30,136 nt of DNA from Thermoanaerobaculia bacterium (GTDB lineage: Bacteria > Acidobacteriota > Thermoanaerobaculia > Multivoradales > JAIOJS01). The stretch is from NCBI GenBank assembly GCA_033722255.1, contig JAWVZJ010000001.1, positions 1 to 30,136 of the forward strand. The letters are read 5' to 3'. A model generated the notes under the pieces. It saw only the letters and a list, made by a program, of their open reading frames with translations. It was not told the DNA's origin and did not search any database. The stretch's first letter is position 1, and every line of letters starts with the position of its first letter. Shown piece by piece: positions 1 to 8,018 of this stretch. Made by a program: the position numbers and the translations under genes.

Positions 1-1631
1 CCCAGGCGCCCCTCCGCCGCCTTCACCAACGACGGATCCAGGCCGAGCCGACGAGCCAGGGCCAGGGCCTCGCTACCCCCGGGAGCGCCGGGCCGGAGCC
101 GGAAGAGGGGCTCCCCGGTCTCCTGGTCGAACTCCATGGCGGCACAGAAGGCACCGGGGCTGTCCATCGCCTCCGCCGCCACCGGGGTGAGGTGGGTGGT
201 GATCACCACCAACCCTCCGCGCTCCAGGAGACCCTCCAGGAGGGCTCCGGCCAGGGCCGCCCCCTCTTCGGGGTCGGTCCCGGATCCCAGCTCGTCCAGC
301 AGGATCAGGCTCCGGGGAGCGGCGGCCCTCCACGCCTCGTGGAGCCGGAGGAGGCGGCCCGAGAAGGTGGACCGCTCGGCCAGCAGATCCTGCTCGTCTC
401 CCACGGTGCCCACCACGACGGAGAGGGGAGGGATCCGGGTCCCGGCCGCCGCCGGGACGGGAAAGCCACAGGCGTGGATCAGGGCCAGGAGACCGGCGGT
501 CTTCAGGGCCACGGTCTTGCCGCCGGCGTTCGGTCCGGTGATCACCAGGACCCTGCGTTTCGGTTCCAGGGAGAGGGAGAGGGGGACCACGGGTTCCCGG
601 TGTCCGGCCGCTCCCAGGGCCCGTTCCCGGCGATCCGCCAGGGAGGGATCCAGCAGGGGGTGTCTGGCGTCGACCAGCTCCAGCTCCCGTTCCTCAGAGG
701 CGTCCGCCAGCCGGGCGTCCGTCTCCTCGGCGAAGCGGTGGGAGGCCTGGAGGAGGTCGAGCTCGGCGAGAAGCTCCCCGTGGGCCTCGATCTCGCCCCG
801 GCGATCCCCGAGATCGCCGATGAGCTCCCTCAGAATCCGTCGCTTCTCCTCCTCCGCCGCCGACGAGGCCTCCTGGAGCTCGTTGTTCGCTTCCACCACC
901 GGCATCGGCTCGAAGTAGAAGCTCCTCCCCGAGCTCGATTTGCCGTGAACCAGTCCCGGGATCCGCCCCTTCGCGCCGGCTTCCAGGACCAGCACCAGCC
1001 GACCGTCCCGTACCGGGATCGTGTCCTCGGACAGGACATCCCCGTGCTCCCGCTTGAGGTCCCGGAGCCGGTCGTAAAGCCGATCCCGCTGACGGCGAAT
1101 CCGGCTCCGGAGCTCGGAGAGCTCCGGGGTGGCATCCTCTCGGATCTCGCCCCGGCGATCCAGGGAGCTCCGGATCTTGTCGATCAGAGGGCCGAGGTCC
1201 GTCAGCGGGTCCACCCGTTCCAGGAGCGACTCGGCAGGAGGGTCGAGCTCCCGGATCCTCCGCACCGCGGTCCGGGAGGCTTCCAGGAGGCTGGCCAGGG
1301 CGAGGATCTCCCGGCCCGTCGGAGGGTGGGGCGAGGAGGGGCGAAGCGTCTCCAGGAGGGGACCGACGGGATCCTGGAAGGACGGGACGATGGAAGGACG
1401 CATGAGCCGCCGGGCCTCTCGGAAGCGTCGGCGTCGGACCTCCGGCTCTCGAGGGTCGCCCGAGGGGCTCGAGCCGAGGACCTCCCGACGTCCGAGATCG
1501 GTCACGCAGTAGGTGGCCAGGACCCGGAGGAAGGAGGGGAGCTCCAGGGCTTCCAGGGTGGCAGTGGAGGCGAGTCCCGGGCTCTCCGGAGGAACGGAGG
1601 AGCCCTCGGGACCGGTGGAACCGGAGATCAT
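1..1631 (-). CDS. mutS2: Endonuclease MutS2 (C-terminal part runs off the left edge)
   Basis: Not in the ORF track because there is no stop in the window. Manual translation from ATG 1631 gives N-terminal TLEALELPSFLRVLATYCVTDLGR, Walker A LVITGPNAGGKTVALKT (~490-550), Walker B LDELGSGTDPEEGAAL (~255-300), VVITTH, and AAMEFDQETGEPLFRLRPGAPGGSEALALARRLGL. Confidence 0.93.
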   Translation of the reverse strand, partial: MISGSTGPEGSSVPPESPGLASTATLEALELPSFLRVLATYCVTDLGRREVLGSSPSGDPREPEVRRRRFREARRLMRPSIVPSFQDPVGPLLETLRPSSPHPPTGREILALASLLEASRTAVRRIRELDPPAESLLERVDPLTDLGPLIDKIRSSLDRRGEIREDATPELSELRSRIRRQRDRLYDRLRDLKREHGDVLSEDTIPVRDGRLVLVLEAGAKGRIPGLVHGKSSSGRSFYFEPMPVVEANNELQEASSAAEEEKRRILRELIGDLGDRRGEIEAHGELLAELDLLQASHRFAEETDARLADASEERELELVDARHPLLDPSLADRRERALGAAGHREPVVPLSLSLEPKRRVLVITGPNAGGKTVALKTAGLLALIHACGFPVPAAAGTRIPPLSVVVGTVGDEQDLLAERSTFSGRLLRLHEAWRAAAPRSLILLDELGSGTDPEEGAALAGALLEGLLERGGLVVITTHLTPVAAEAMDSPGAFCAAMEFDQETGEPLFRLRPGAPGGSEALALARRLGLDPSLVKAAEGRL

Positions 1632-1695
1632 GAACGAACGAACGCCGCGGAGAGGATCACTCCCCGCGGCGATGGATCCGGGCGAAGAGCTCGCG

Positions 1696-1905
1696 TCAGG
1701 CCAGGCCCTTCCGGCGCTCCTCGGCGAGTTTCCGGAGCATCTTCTTCCGCGCCTGCATGGCCTTCCGCTTCCGCTTCGTGGACGGCTTCTCGTAGTACTG
1801 ACGCTTCTTCAGCTCTTTCAGCACGCCTTCCTTCTCGCACTTCCGCTTGAAGCGCCTCAGCGCGTTTTCGAAGCTCTCGTCATCCTTGACGTGAACTGTC
1901 GGCAT
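1696..1905 (-). CDS. rpsU: 30S ribosomal protein S21
   Basis: [48 protein letters not shown] is the typical bS21 sequence. ATG at 1905 has an AGGT-type SD. The ORF-track extension to 2004 is not the real start. Confidence 0.97.
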   Translation of the reverse strand: MPTVHVKDDESFENALRRFKRKCEKEGVLKELKKRQYYEKPSTKRKRKAMQARKKMLRKLAEERRKGLA

Positions 1906-1938
1906 CGATTGATCACCTACCTTCCGTACAGCGTTCAA

Positions 1939-1963
1939 GAGCCCAGCTACGCGAGCTGGGCTC
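1939..1963 (-). promoter_or_regulatory. Perfect 10-bp hairpin at the 5' end of the rpsU leader
   Basis: GAGCCCAGCT (1939-1948), 5-nt loop, AGCTGGGCTC (1954-1963). It begins about 7 nt after the predicted -10 and has no U-tract on either strand. Confidence 0.5.
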
Positions 1964-1969
1964 GTTGGC

Positions 1970-1998
1970 ATTCTGGTGCAAATCACCGCTCCTGTCAA
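1970..1998 (-). promoter_or_regulatory. Sigma70-type promoter for rpsU-mutS2
   Basis: Minus strand: TTGACA (1998-1993), 17-nt spacer, CAGAAT (1975-1970). Confidence 0.7.
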
Positions 1999-2073
1999 CC
2001 CCACCCCCCTGGGTACGGGGTCCGAGAGGCCACGGCCTGAGTCCCGGCGCGCCTCCGGCCCGGGACGGGACGC

Positions 2074-2925
2074 TTACTCCTCCCCGGCCTCCACGTCGAA
2101 GTCGGCCTGGTACACCTCGTAGATGCCCGTCTCGTCGTCCTTCCGGAACCACACGGCGGCGGGCGACGACGTCCCCTCCTTCGGATAGAACCAGGCCACG
2201 GCGTTCTTGTCCGGGTATTCCTGGATGTTCCGCAGGTTTACCGGACCCAGGGCTTCCCGTACCTCCTCCCGGGTCATCCCCTTCTCCACGGCGGAGAAGC
2301 GCTCCTCGGTCATGAACCGCATCTCCCGGGCCTCTTCCAGGGCCGCCTGGAGCTCCTGGTTGTCGGGGTCGAGGGCCAGGGCCGATTCGTAGATGCTGAT
2401 GGCCCGCTTGTAGTCGCCACCCTTCTCGATCCATTCCTCGGCCAGCTGCATGTCCTCCTCGGTCTTCATCCGGATCGCGGCTTTCTGATCCGGGGTCAGG
2501 GGCTCTCCCTCCACGATGCCCAGGGAGTTGATGTGCTGGACCAGCCGCCCCATGAACTCCTCGCTCTGGTCCGCGATGTCCTGCTCGAGCCGGGCGATCT
2601 CCTGCTCCAACTTCTCCGGGGTGGGCTCGGCGGCTTCTGACTCCCCGGCCTCCCCTTCGGCAGCCTCCGTCGTCGCCGCCTCCTCGGCGGGCGGCTCCTC
2701 GGCGGTCGATTCCTCCTGGGCCGACAGCTCGTCGCGCTGTTGTCGGAGCTCTGCCAGCTCCTCCCGTTTGGCGTCGAGCTGAGCCTTCATCTCCTGGAGA
2801 GCGGCCCATTCCGCCTCCTGGGCCTCCGTCGCCGCCTCCTCGCCACTGGTACAGGCCAGGGCGCCCAGGACGAGAAGACCAAGAGCCAGGGAAAGAGCGA
2901 GCGTGATCGTCGGTCGTCGTCTCAT
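2074..2925 (-). CDS. Putative lipoprotein with coiled coil, acidic linker, TPR and C-terminal SmpA/OmlA (BamE-like) domain
   Basis: ATG 2925 with GGAGG SD. Signal peptide MRRRPTITLALSLALGLLVLGALA|C. TPR-like GDYKRAISIYESALALDPDNQE. SmpA/OmlA-like RFSAVEKGMTREEVREALG...AWFY. Confidence 0.72.
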   Translation of the reverse strand: MRRRPTITLALSLALGLLVLGALACTSGEEAATEAQEAEWAALQEMKAQLDAKREELAELRQQRDELSAQEESTAEEPPAEEAATTEAAEGEAGESEAAEPTPEKLEQEIARLEQDIADQSEEFMGRLVQHINSLGIVEGEPLTPDQKAAIRMKTEEDMQLAEEWIEKGGDYKRAISIYESALALDPDNQELQAALEEAREMRFMTEERFSAVEKGMTREEVREALGPVNLRNIQEYPDKNAVAWFYPKEGTSSPAAVWFRKDDETGIYEVYQADFDVEAGEE

Positions 2926-2981
2926 CGGTGATCCCTCCTTCGGCAAACGCCGGGCCCGATCCGGGTCCGATCGCATCCGGC

Positions 2982-2990
2982 AAATTACCA
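2982..2990 (-). promoter_or_regulatory. Possible extended -10 promoter for the lipoprotein gene
   Basis: Minus strand TGG-TAATTT, with a weak TTGTGG 18 nt upstream. Confidence 0.35.
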
Positions 2991-3077
2991 CGACGATGCG
3001 GAGGACCACAACCGGATCTCGTCGGTCGAGCCCCCCAAAACCCCCTGGAAATGCAGGGTTTTGGCGGAAGATCGGCC

Positions 3078-3106
3078 TTGACAGCGGCCCCGGACCGCAA
3101 AATAAT
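3078..3106 (+). promoter_or_regulatory. Sigma70-type promoter for the 3138 gene and slt
   Basis: TTGACA (3078-3083), 17-nt spacer, AATAAT (3101-3106). GGAGG SD at 3126-3130. Confidence 0.75.
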
Positions 3107-3137
3107 CGACTGTCTCTACTTCCCCGGAGGGTGAACC

Positions 3138-4853
3138 ATGGCGAGCTCCGACGACAAGACTCCCCTCGAAAACCTCCTGTCGGATTCCTTCGGCAGCGCC
3201 TTCGAGAGCGTCCGCCGCTCTCTGACGACCGAGATCCAGAGGCACACCGAGGCCCGGGAGAGGCAGGCTCGCTCCGGAGCCCTCCAGGGCCTGCGGGAAT
3301 CCCTGGCCCGTCTCGACGCCTGCCGGCGACAGACGGACCTTTTGACGGCCCTCCTGGAGGAGGCCGGTGGCTTCGCCAGCCGGACGGCCCTCTGGCTCAC
3401 GGCCCTCGAAGGGCCCCGGGGATGGGCGAGCTTCGGCTTCGGGGAGTCCTCAGCCATCGAGGACCTCGAGCTCGGGTACGGGGAGGAGCCCTGGCGATCC
3501 GTCGCCGAGGGATCGGGATGGGTCGAGATCGAAGGCCGGGACGCGGCGGCCCTGGCGGCGGAGCTGGATGCCCCGGTCCCGAAGCGGGCGATCCTGATTC
3601 CTCTGGTCCTCCGAGACCGGATCGCCGCCGTCCTGTACGCGGACTCCGTGGCCGACGACGAGGACTTCGAGCCGGATGCGCTGAAGATCCTCACCCTCGG
3701 AGCCGCCCTCCTTCTCGAGATCCAGGGACTCCGGAGTCGGAATCGCACCCCGACCCTCCACCCGAGAGGTACGGTGGCACCGCAGCTGGAGCTCTGGGAA
3801 GAGGAGGCGGAGGCCCCGACCCCCGACACGGTCCGGAGACCGCCGGAGGCCGAGGTCACGGAGGAGGTCGAGGAACCCGAGCCCGCCCCGCCGGCCGCAG
3901 AGATGGAGGAGATCCCGGAGGAGTCCGAAGCCCTCTGGGCCGAAGAAGAGGCCCCGCCGGAAGAGACCGCAGCCCTGGAGACCCCCGAGGAGGAAGCCCT
4001 GCCGGAGGCGGAGGTCGAGGCCATCCCGGAGGCGGAGCTCGAGGGAGAAGAGGCGTACGAAGCCTCCGAGATCGAAGGGTTCGAGGTGGAGGATCTGCCG
4101 GAGGTGGAGGAGGCCGCGGATCTGGACGAGGGAACTCCGACCGACGTGGCGGCGACCGAGGTCCCCGAAGAACCATCGGTGGGAGCGGAACCCACGGTCC
4201 GGATCAGCCCGGACGCCCTCTCGGAGGCCCAGGAGGCGGGAGTGGAGCCTCCGGTGGAGACACCTTCGGAGCCCCCTCCGCCGGCGGTGGAGGAGGAGAC
4301 GACCCAGGAGCTGGAGACGGTGGAAGAGCTCGAGGAACCGACCGAGGACATCTCCGAAGACCGGACCGTGCACCTCGATCGATCCACCGTTCCGGAGCCT
4401 CCCCCCGAGCCTCCCGGTCAGGTCGAAGCCCCTCCGCCGGAGCCTCCGTCCACCGAAGAGGGCCCACCCCCCGCCGAGCCCGCTCCCCCGCCGGAGGGAA
4501 CCTCCCCGGAGGTCGCCCCTCCCCCCGACCTCCAGGGACCCGGGCTGGCCTTCCGGGGCGAGGCCGAGGAGGAACCGACCGCGGTCGAGGAGGACGAGAC
4601 GGCGACGCTCCACGAGGAAGCGCGGCGTCTCGCTCGCCTGCTGGTGAGTGAGATCAAGCTCTACAACGAGGAAGAGGTCGAGGCGGGACGTCAGAACAAG
4701 GACCTCTACGAGAGGCTCCAGGAAGACATCGACCGATCCCGCCAAATGTACCGAGAGCGGGTCGATCCCCGGATCCGAGACGAGGTCGACTACTTCCGTC
4801 AGGAGCTGGTGAACATCCTGGGAGGCGGTGACCCCGATACCCTCGGCACCTGA
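3138..4853 (+). CDS. Uncharacterised protein: GAF-like N-terminal domain, long Glu/Pro-rich disordered linker, conserved-looking helical C-terminal domain
   Basis: 571 aa with good SD and promoter. GAF-like strands (RTALWL...AILIPLVLRDRIAAVLYAD). About 260 aa of E/P-rich linker. C-terminal ARRLARLLVSEIKLYNEEEV...LYERLQEDIDRSRQMY. Confidence 0.8.
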   Translation: MASSDDKTPLENLLSDSFGSAFESVRRSLTTEIQRHTEARERQARSGALQGLRESLARLDACRRQTDLLTALLEEAGGFASRTALWLTALEGPRGWASFGFGESSAIEDLELGYGEEPWRSVAEGSGWVEIEGRDAAALAAELDAPVPKRAILIPLVLRDRIAAVLYADSVADDEDFEPDALKILTLGAALLLEIQGLRSRNRTPTLHPRGTVAPQLELWEEEAEAPTPDTVRRPPEAEVTEEVEEPEPAPPAAEMEEIPEESEALWAEEEAPPEETAALETPEEEALPEAEVEAIPEAELEGEEAYEASEIEGFEVEDLPEVEEAADLDEGTPTDVAATEVPEEPSVGAEPTVRISPDALSEAQEAGVEPPVETPSEPPPPAVEEETTQELETVEELEEPTEDISEDRTVHLDRSTVPEPPPEPPGQVEAPPPEPPSTEEGPPPAEPAPPPEGTSPEVAPPPDLQGPGLAFRGEAEEEPTAVEEDETATLHEEARRLARLLVSEIKLYNEEEVEAGRQNKDLYERLQEDIDRSRQMYRERVDPRIRDEVDYFRQELVNILGGGDPDTLGT

Positions 4854-7095
4854 GATACCCTTCCGATCTCTCCGGACATGGCGCCTTTGCGCCCTGGTCC
4901 TGTGGGGAGGGCTCCTTCTGCCCGCCGGCAAGCCCGCCACGCTCCTTCCCGCGGAGCACGATTCTCCGAATCCCGTCTCGTTGCAGGAGCTCCGAACCCC
5001 TCCCCGGCTCCCGGACGCCGTCCGGAAGGGGGAGTGGGACCGGGCCCGAGAGCTCCTCGTCGCCCGGGCCGACTCCGGCGACCCCGGAGCCGAGCTCGCT
5101 CGAACGCTCCTGGGCCTCGCCGCCCACGATGCCGGGCGATTCGTGGAGGCTCGGCGGCTGCTCGATCGTCCGCCGCAGGAATCCCCCGGTCTCCTGGACG
5201 ACTGGGCCCTCTGGACCCTCTCCGACTGCCTGATCACCCTGGACGAGCCCCGGGGAGCCCAGGAGACCCTGGCCGCCCTCTCCCGTCGGCATTCCGATTC
5301 GTCCCTGGCCGACCGGGGTCGACTCCGCTCTCTGGAGCTGGCCCTGGAAACCGGTCGGGTCGATCTGGCCCGACGGCGCATCGAGGAGGGACGGGCACGC
5401 CGGCTTCCGGGCCGGCTCTCCCAGGCCCTGGAGCGAGGGGCGTGGGAGCTGGCCCTCCGGGAGGGCGATCGGCGGGGGCTGGAGGAGGCCGGGCGTCGGC
5501 TGGCCGCCTTCCATCCCTCTGCGGCCCGGGAGCTCGGGGTCCGGGAACGCCTGGGCCTGTCGGCGGAGGGGAGCTGGGGAACGCTTCTGACCTCGGAGGA
5601 GACGGAGAGCAGGGCCCGGATCCTCCTGGACCGGGGAGAGGTCGAGGATGCCCTCGTGACCCTGGAGTCCGTCGACCCCGCCGACAGGACCCCCTCGTGG
5701 CCGCTCCTCGCCGCCGAGGCCCGGATCGCCCAGAAGGAGGGATTTCGAGCCCTGGCGCTCCTGGCTCCTCTGGTCCCGGAGAGCCGAGAAGAGCAGGCCC
5801 GAGTCGCCTGGCTCCGGAGCCGGGCGTTTCTCGCCGCCCCCCGGGCCGATCCCCGCTCCCAAGGAGACCGGGAGCTCCGGAGAGCGGACCGGGAGCAGGC
5901 CCTCCGACTCCTCCGCCGGGCGGCCGACCTCACCGAGGATCCGAGGCTGGAGACCGAGGTCCTGGGCCGACTGTTCCACGAGCTCGCCTCCGACGAACGG
6001 ATCGACGAGGCCCTGGAGATCCGACGAAGGATCCTGGCCCTCGATCCGGACAGCTCGGTGGGGCGGAGGCTCCTGTGGTCCCGGTCCTGGAAAGCCATGG
6101 AGGAGAGGAACTTCGCCGACGCCATCCACCTCTTCACCGAGCTCTCCGGCGATCCCGCCCGACAGGACCGATGGAGCCGGGGAGCCCGCTACTGGATCGC
6201 CCGTAGCTGGGAGGAGATGGGACATCGACACCGGGCAGAACGAGCCTATCGGGCCCTCGCCGAGACCGATGTGTCGGACTTTTACCGCCACCACGCCCTT
6301 CGCCGGCTCGGCCGGTCCTCCCCCGCCCCCTCCGGATCCGCCGCGGCCCCCTCCTGGCCCACGGATCCCTCCCTGGCCCGGGCCCGTTTCCTCAGCGACG
6401 TCGGCCTCGACGCGCTGGCTCTCCGGGAGCTGGAAGATCGAAGAGCCGAGGCCGACCCCCGGGCCGCAGCGGCCCTCCAGGCCCTGATCCTGGCCCGGGG
6501 AGACGATCCCCGGTCCAGCATGGCGCCCCTCCGTCGGGCCTTCCCGGAAGTGGCCACGCCGGTCCAGGCTCGCGTGCCCCGGACGGCCCGGGAGCTCTAC
6601 TACCCCCTCCGCCACCGGGAGGCGGTGGTCCGCTGGGCCCAGAGCCGGGACCTGCCGCCGGCCCTGGTGTTCGCCGTCGTTCGCCAGGAGAGCGCCTTCG
6701 ACGTCCGGGCCCGGAGCCGGGCCGGGGCCCGGGGTCTGATGCAGATGATGCCGGCCACCGCCCGGGAGCTCGCTGGAAAGCTGGGGATCCCCTTCTCCGG
6801 GGAGCGCCTCTACGATCCGGACTACAGCCTCCGGCTGGGGACTCGCTACCTCCGGGACGTCCTCGAAATGTTCGACGGCGACGTGGAGCTCGCCCTCGCC
6901 GGGTACAACGGCGGACCGTATCGGATCAAGCGGTGGTGGCGTCAGGCCGCGGGCAGGGTGGATACCGACCGGTTCATCGACGGCCTCCCCCTCTCCGAGA
7001 GCAGGGCCTACGTCCACCGGATTCTGCTCCTCTCCGACAGCTACGCCCGTCTCTACGGCCTCCCCGGAGCGGCGGCCTCTCCCCCGGCCGGCTGA
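4828..7095 (+). CDS. slt: Soluble lytic transglycosylase (Slt70-like) with N-terminal TPR/superhelical region
   Basis: C-terminal SLT motifs VVRQESAF (catalytic Glu), GARGLMQMMPATA, LYDPDYSLRLGTRYL and ALAGYNGGP. Hydrophobic N-terminal signal. The GTG start overlaps the upstream gene by 26 nt, so the start is uncertain. Confidence 0.88.
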   Translation: MTPIPSAPEIPFRSLRTWRLCALVLWGGLLLPAGKPATLLPAEHDSPNPVSLQELRTPPRLPDAVRKGEWDRARELLVARADSGDPGAELARTLLGLAAHDAGRFVEARRLLDRPPQESPGLLDDWALWTLSDCLITLDEPRGAQETLAALSRRHSDSSLADRGRLRSLELALETGRVDLARRRIEEGRARRLPGRLSQALERGAWELALREGDRRGLEEAGRRLAAFHPSAARELGVRERLGLSAEGSWGTLLTSEETESRARILLDRGEVEDALVTLESVDPADRTPSWPLLAAEARIAQKEGFRALALLAPLVPESREEQARVAWLRSRAFLAAPRADPRSQGDRELRRADREQALRLLRRAADLTEDPRLETEVLGRLFHELASDERIDEALEIRRRILALDPDSSVGRRLLWSRSWKAMEERNFADAIHLFTELSGDPARQDRWSRGARYWIARSWEEMGHRHRAERAYRALAETDVSDFYRHHALRRLGRSSPAPSGSAAAPSWPTDPSLARARFLSDVGLDALALRELEDRRAEADPRAAAALQALILARGDDPRSSMAPLRRAFPEVATPVQARVPRTARELYYPLRHREAVVRWAQSRDLPPALVFAVVRQESAFDVRARSRAGARGLMQMMPATARELAGKLGIPFSGERLYDPDYSLRLGTRYLRDVLEMFDGDVELALAGYNGGPYRIKRWWRQAAGRVDTDRFIDGLPLSESRAYVHRILLLSDSYARLYGLPGAAASPPAG

Positions 7096-7120
7096 GTCCC
7101 GCCGGGAGGGGAGGAAGGGC

Positions 7121-7150
7121 TCGACCGGCCGGGAAGGGGACCGTTATACT
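7121..7150 (+). promoter_or_regulatory. Possible promoter for tRNA, zinc-ribbon gene, rnhA and yggS
   Basis: TCGACC (7121-7126), 18-nt spacer, TATACT (7145-7150), ending 24 nt before the tRNA 5' end. Confidence 0.45.
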
Positions 7151-7174
7151 ACCGAGCCCCGCCCCGGCGGACCC

Positions 7175-7250
7175 GGGTCCATAGCTCAGCGGTGAGAGCA
7201 TCCGGCTCATAACCGGACGGTCCCTGGTTCGAATCCAGGTGGACCCACCA
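7175..7250 (+). tRNA. tRNA with CAT anticodon, most likely tRNA-Ile2 (lysidine-modified); elongator Met is the alternative
   Basis: Acceptor stem GGGTCCA/TGGACCC, D stem GCTC/GAGC, anticodon arm TCCGG-CTCATAA-CCGGA, T loop GGTTCGAATCC, encoded CCA. It is not an initiator (G1-C72 paired, no GGG/CCC anticodon stem). GGCTCATAACCG resembles Ile2 isoacceptors. Confidence 0.95.
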
Positions 7251-7277
7251 CAGGGGGGGATCGAGGGAAGGAGATCT

Positions 7278-8018
7278 ATGCCCCGGAAACTCGACACCAT
7301 CGTTCGACTCCAGCAGGCCGTCAACTCGCTCCAGGAGGCCGAGCGGCAGCTGGCGGGAGTTCCGGACTGGATGGAGGAGCTCCACGAAGAACACAGCGCC
7401 AAGAAGGAGGAGATCGAGGCCCTGGAGTCGGACGTCGAAGACTCGGCCCGGGCCCGCCGCAAGGCGGAAGCCGCCACCCAGGACGCCGAGGCGAAGCTCG
7501 AGCACTTCCAGGAACAGGTCAGCCGGGTCCGGACCCAGCGGGAGTACGCAGCCCTCCTGCAAGAGATCGACACGGTGAAGGGACAGATCCGGGACCTGGA
7601 AGACCAGATCCTGGAGGAGATCGAGGAGCAGGAGCAGGCCCAGGAGGCTCTGGAGGAAAAGCAGTCGACCTTCGAGGAGCTCGACGAGCGGTACTCCGAG
7701 GCTCTGGCCAAGTGGGAGAAGGAGAAGCCGGAGGTGGCCGACCGGGCGAAGATCCTCCGCCGGGAGGTCGAGGAGCTCCGGGAGTCCCTGCCCCGGAATC
7801 TGGTGGCCCTCTTCGACCGGATCCTCTCCAACCGGCCGGGCGACGCCATCGCCCCCGTCCGTCAGAAGGAGGGCGCCGGCGGAAACATCTACCACTGCGG
7901 AGCTTGCAACTACCGGGTCCGGCTCCAGGTCGTGGGAGACATCAAGACCCGGGGGGCGCTGGTCCAGTGCGACGGCTGCAAGAGGATTCTCTACGTACCG
8001 GAGGGGGAGGAGGAGTGA
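7278..8018 (+). CDS. C4-type zinc-ribbon domain coiled-coil protein (DUF164; CT398/HP0958-like)
   Basis: ATG 7278 with AAGGAG SD. Long acidic coiled coil, then HCGAC...QCDGCKRILY. Confidence 0.9.
   Translation: MPRKLDTIVRLQQAVNSLQEAERQLAGVPDWMEELHEEHSAKKEEIEALESDVEDSARARRKAEAATQDAEAKLEHFQEQVSRVRTQREYAALLQEIDTVKGQIRDLEDQILEEIEEQEQAQEALEEKQSTFEELDERYSEALAKWEKEKPEVADRAKILRREVEELRESLPRNLVALFDRILSNRPGDAIAPVRQKEGAGGNIYHCGACNYRVRLQVVGDIKTRGALVQCDGCKRILYVPEGEEE

Noticed and set aside
1632-1643. (GAAC)x3 just upstream of the mutS2 start as a phase-variable repeat
   Set aside because: Three units of a tetramer is too short to imply slippage, and it lies outside the coding frame.
2005-2012. CCCCCTGG near four promoters (2005, 3041, 20151, and 25608 on the minus strand)
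   Set aside because: Orientation and spacing are inconsistent, the 8-mer is GC-rich, and it was picked post hoc.
3783-4600. Repeat array or CRISPR-like periodicity in the GAG/CCG-rich stretch
   Set aside because: It is Glu/Pro codon low complexity inside an ORF, with no fixed-length repeat-spacer pattern.
7175-7250. tRNA as an integration site for a genomic island
   Set aside because: No integrase, no duplicated tRNA 3' end seen, no evident composition shift, and the flanking genes are housekeeping.
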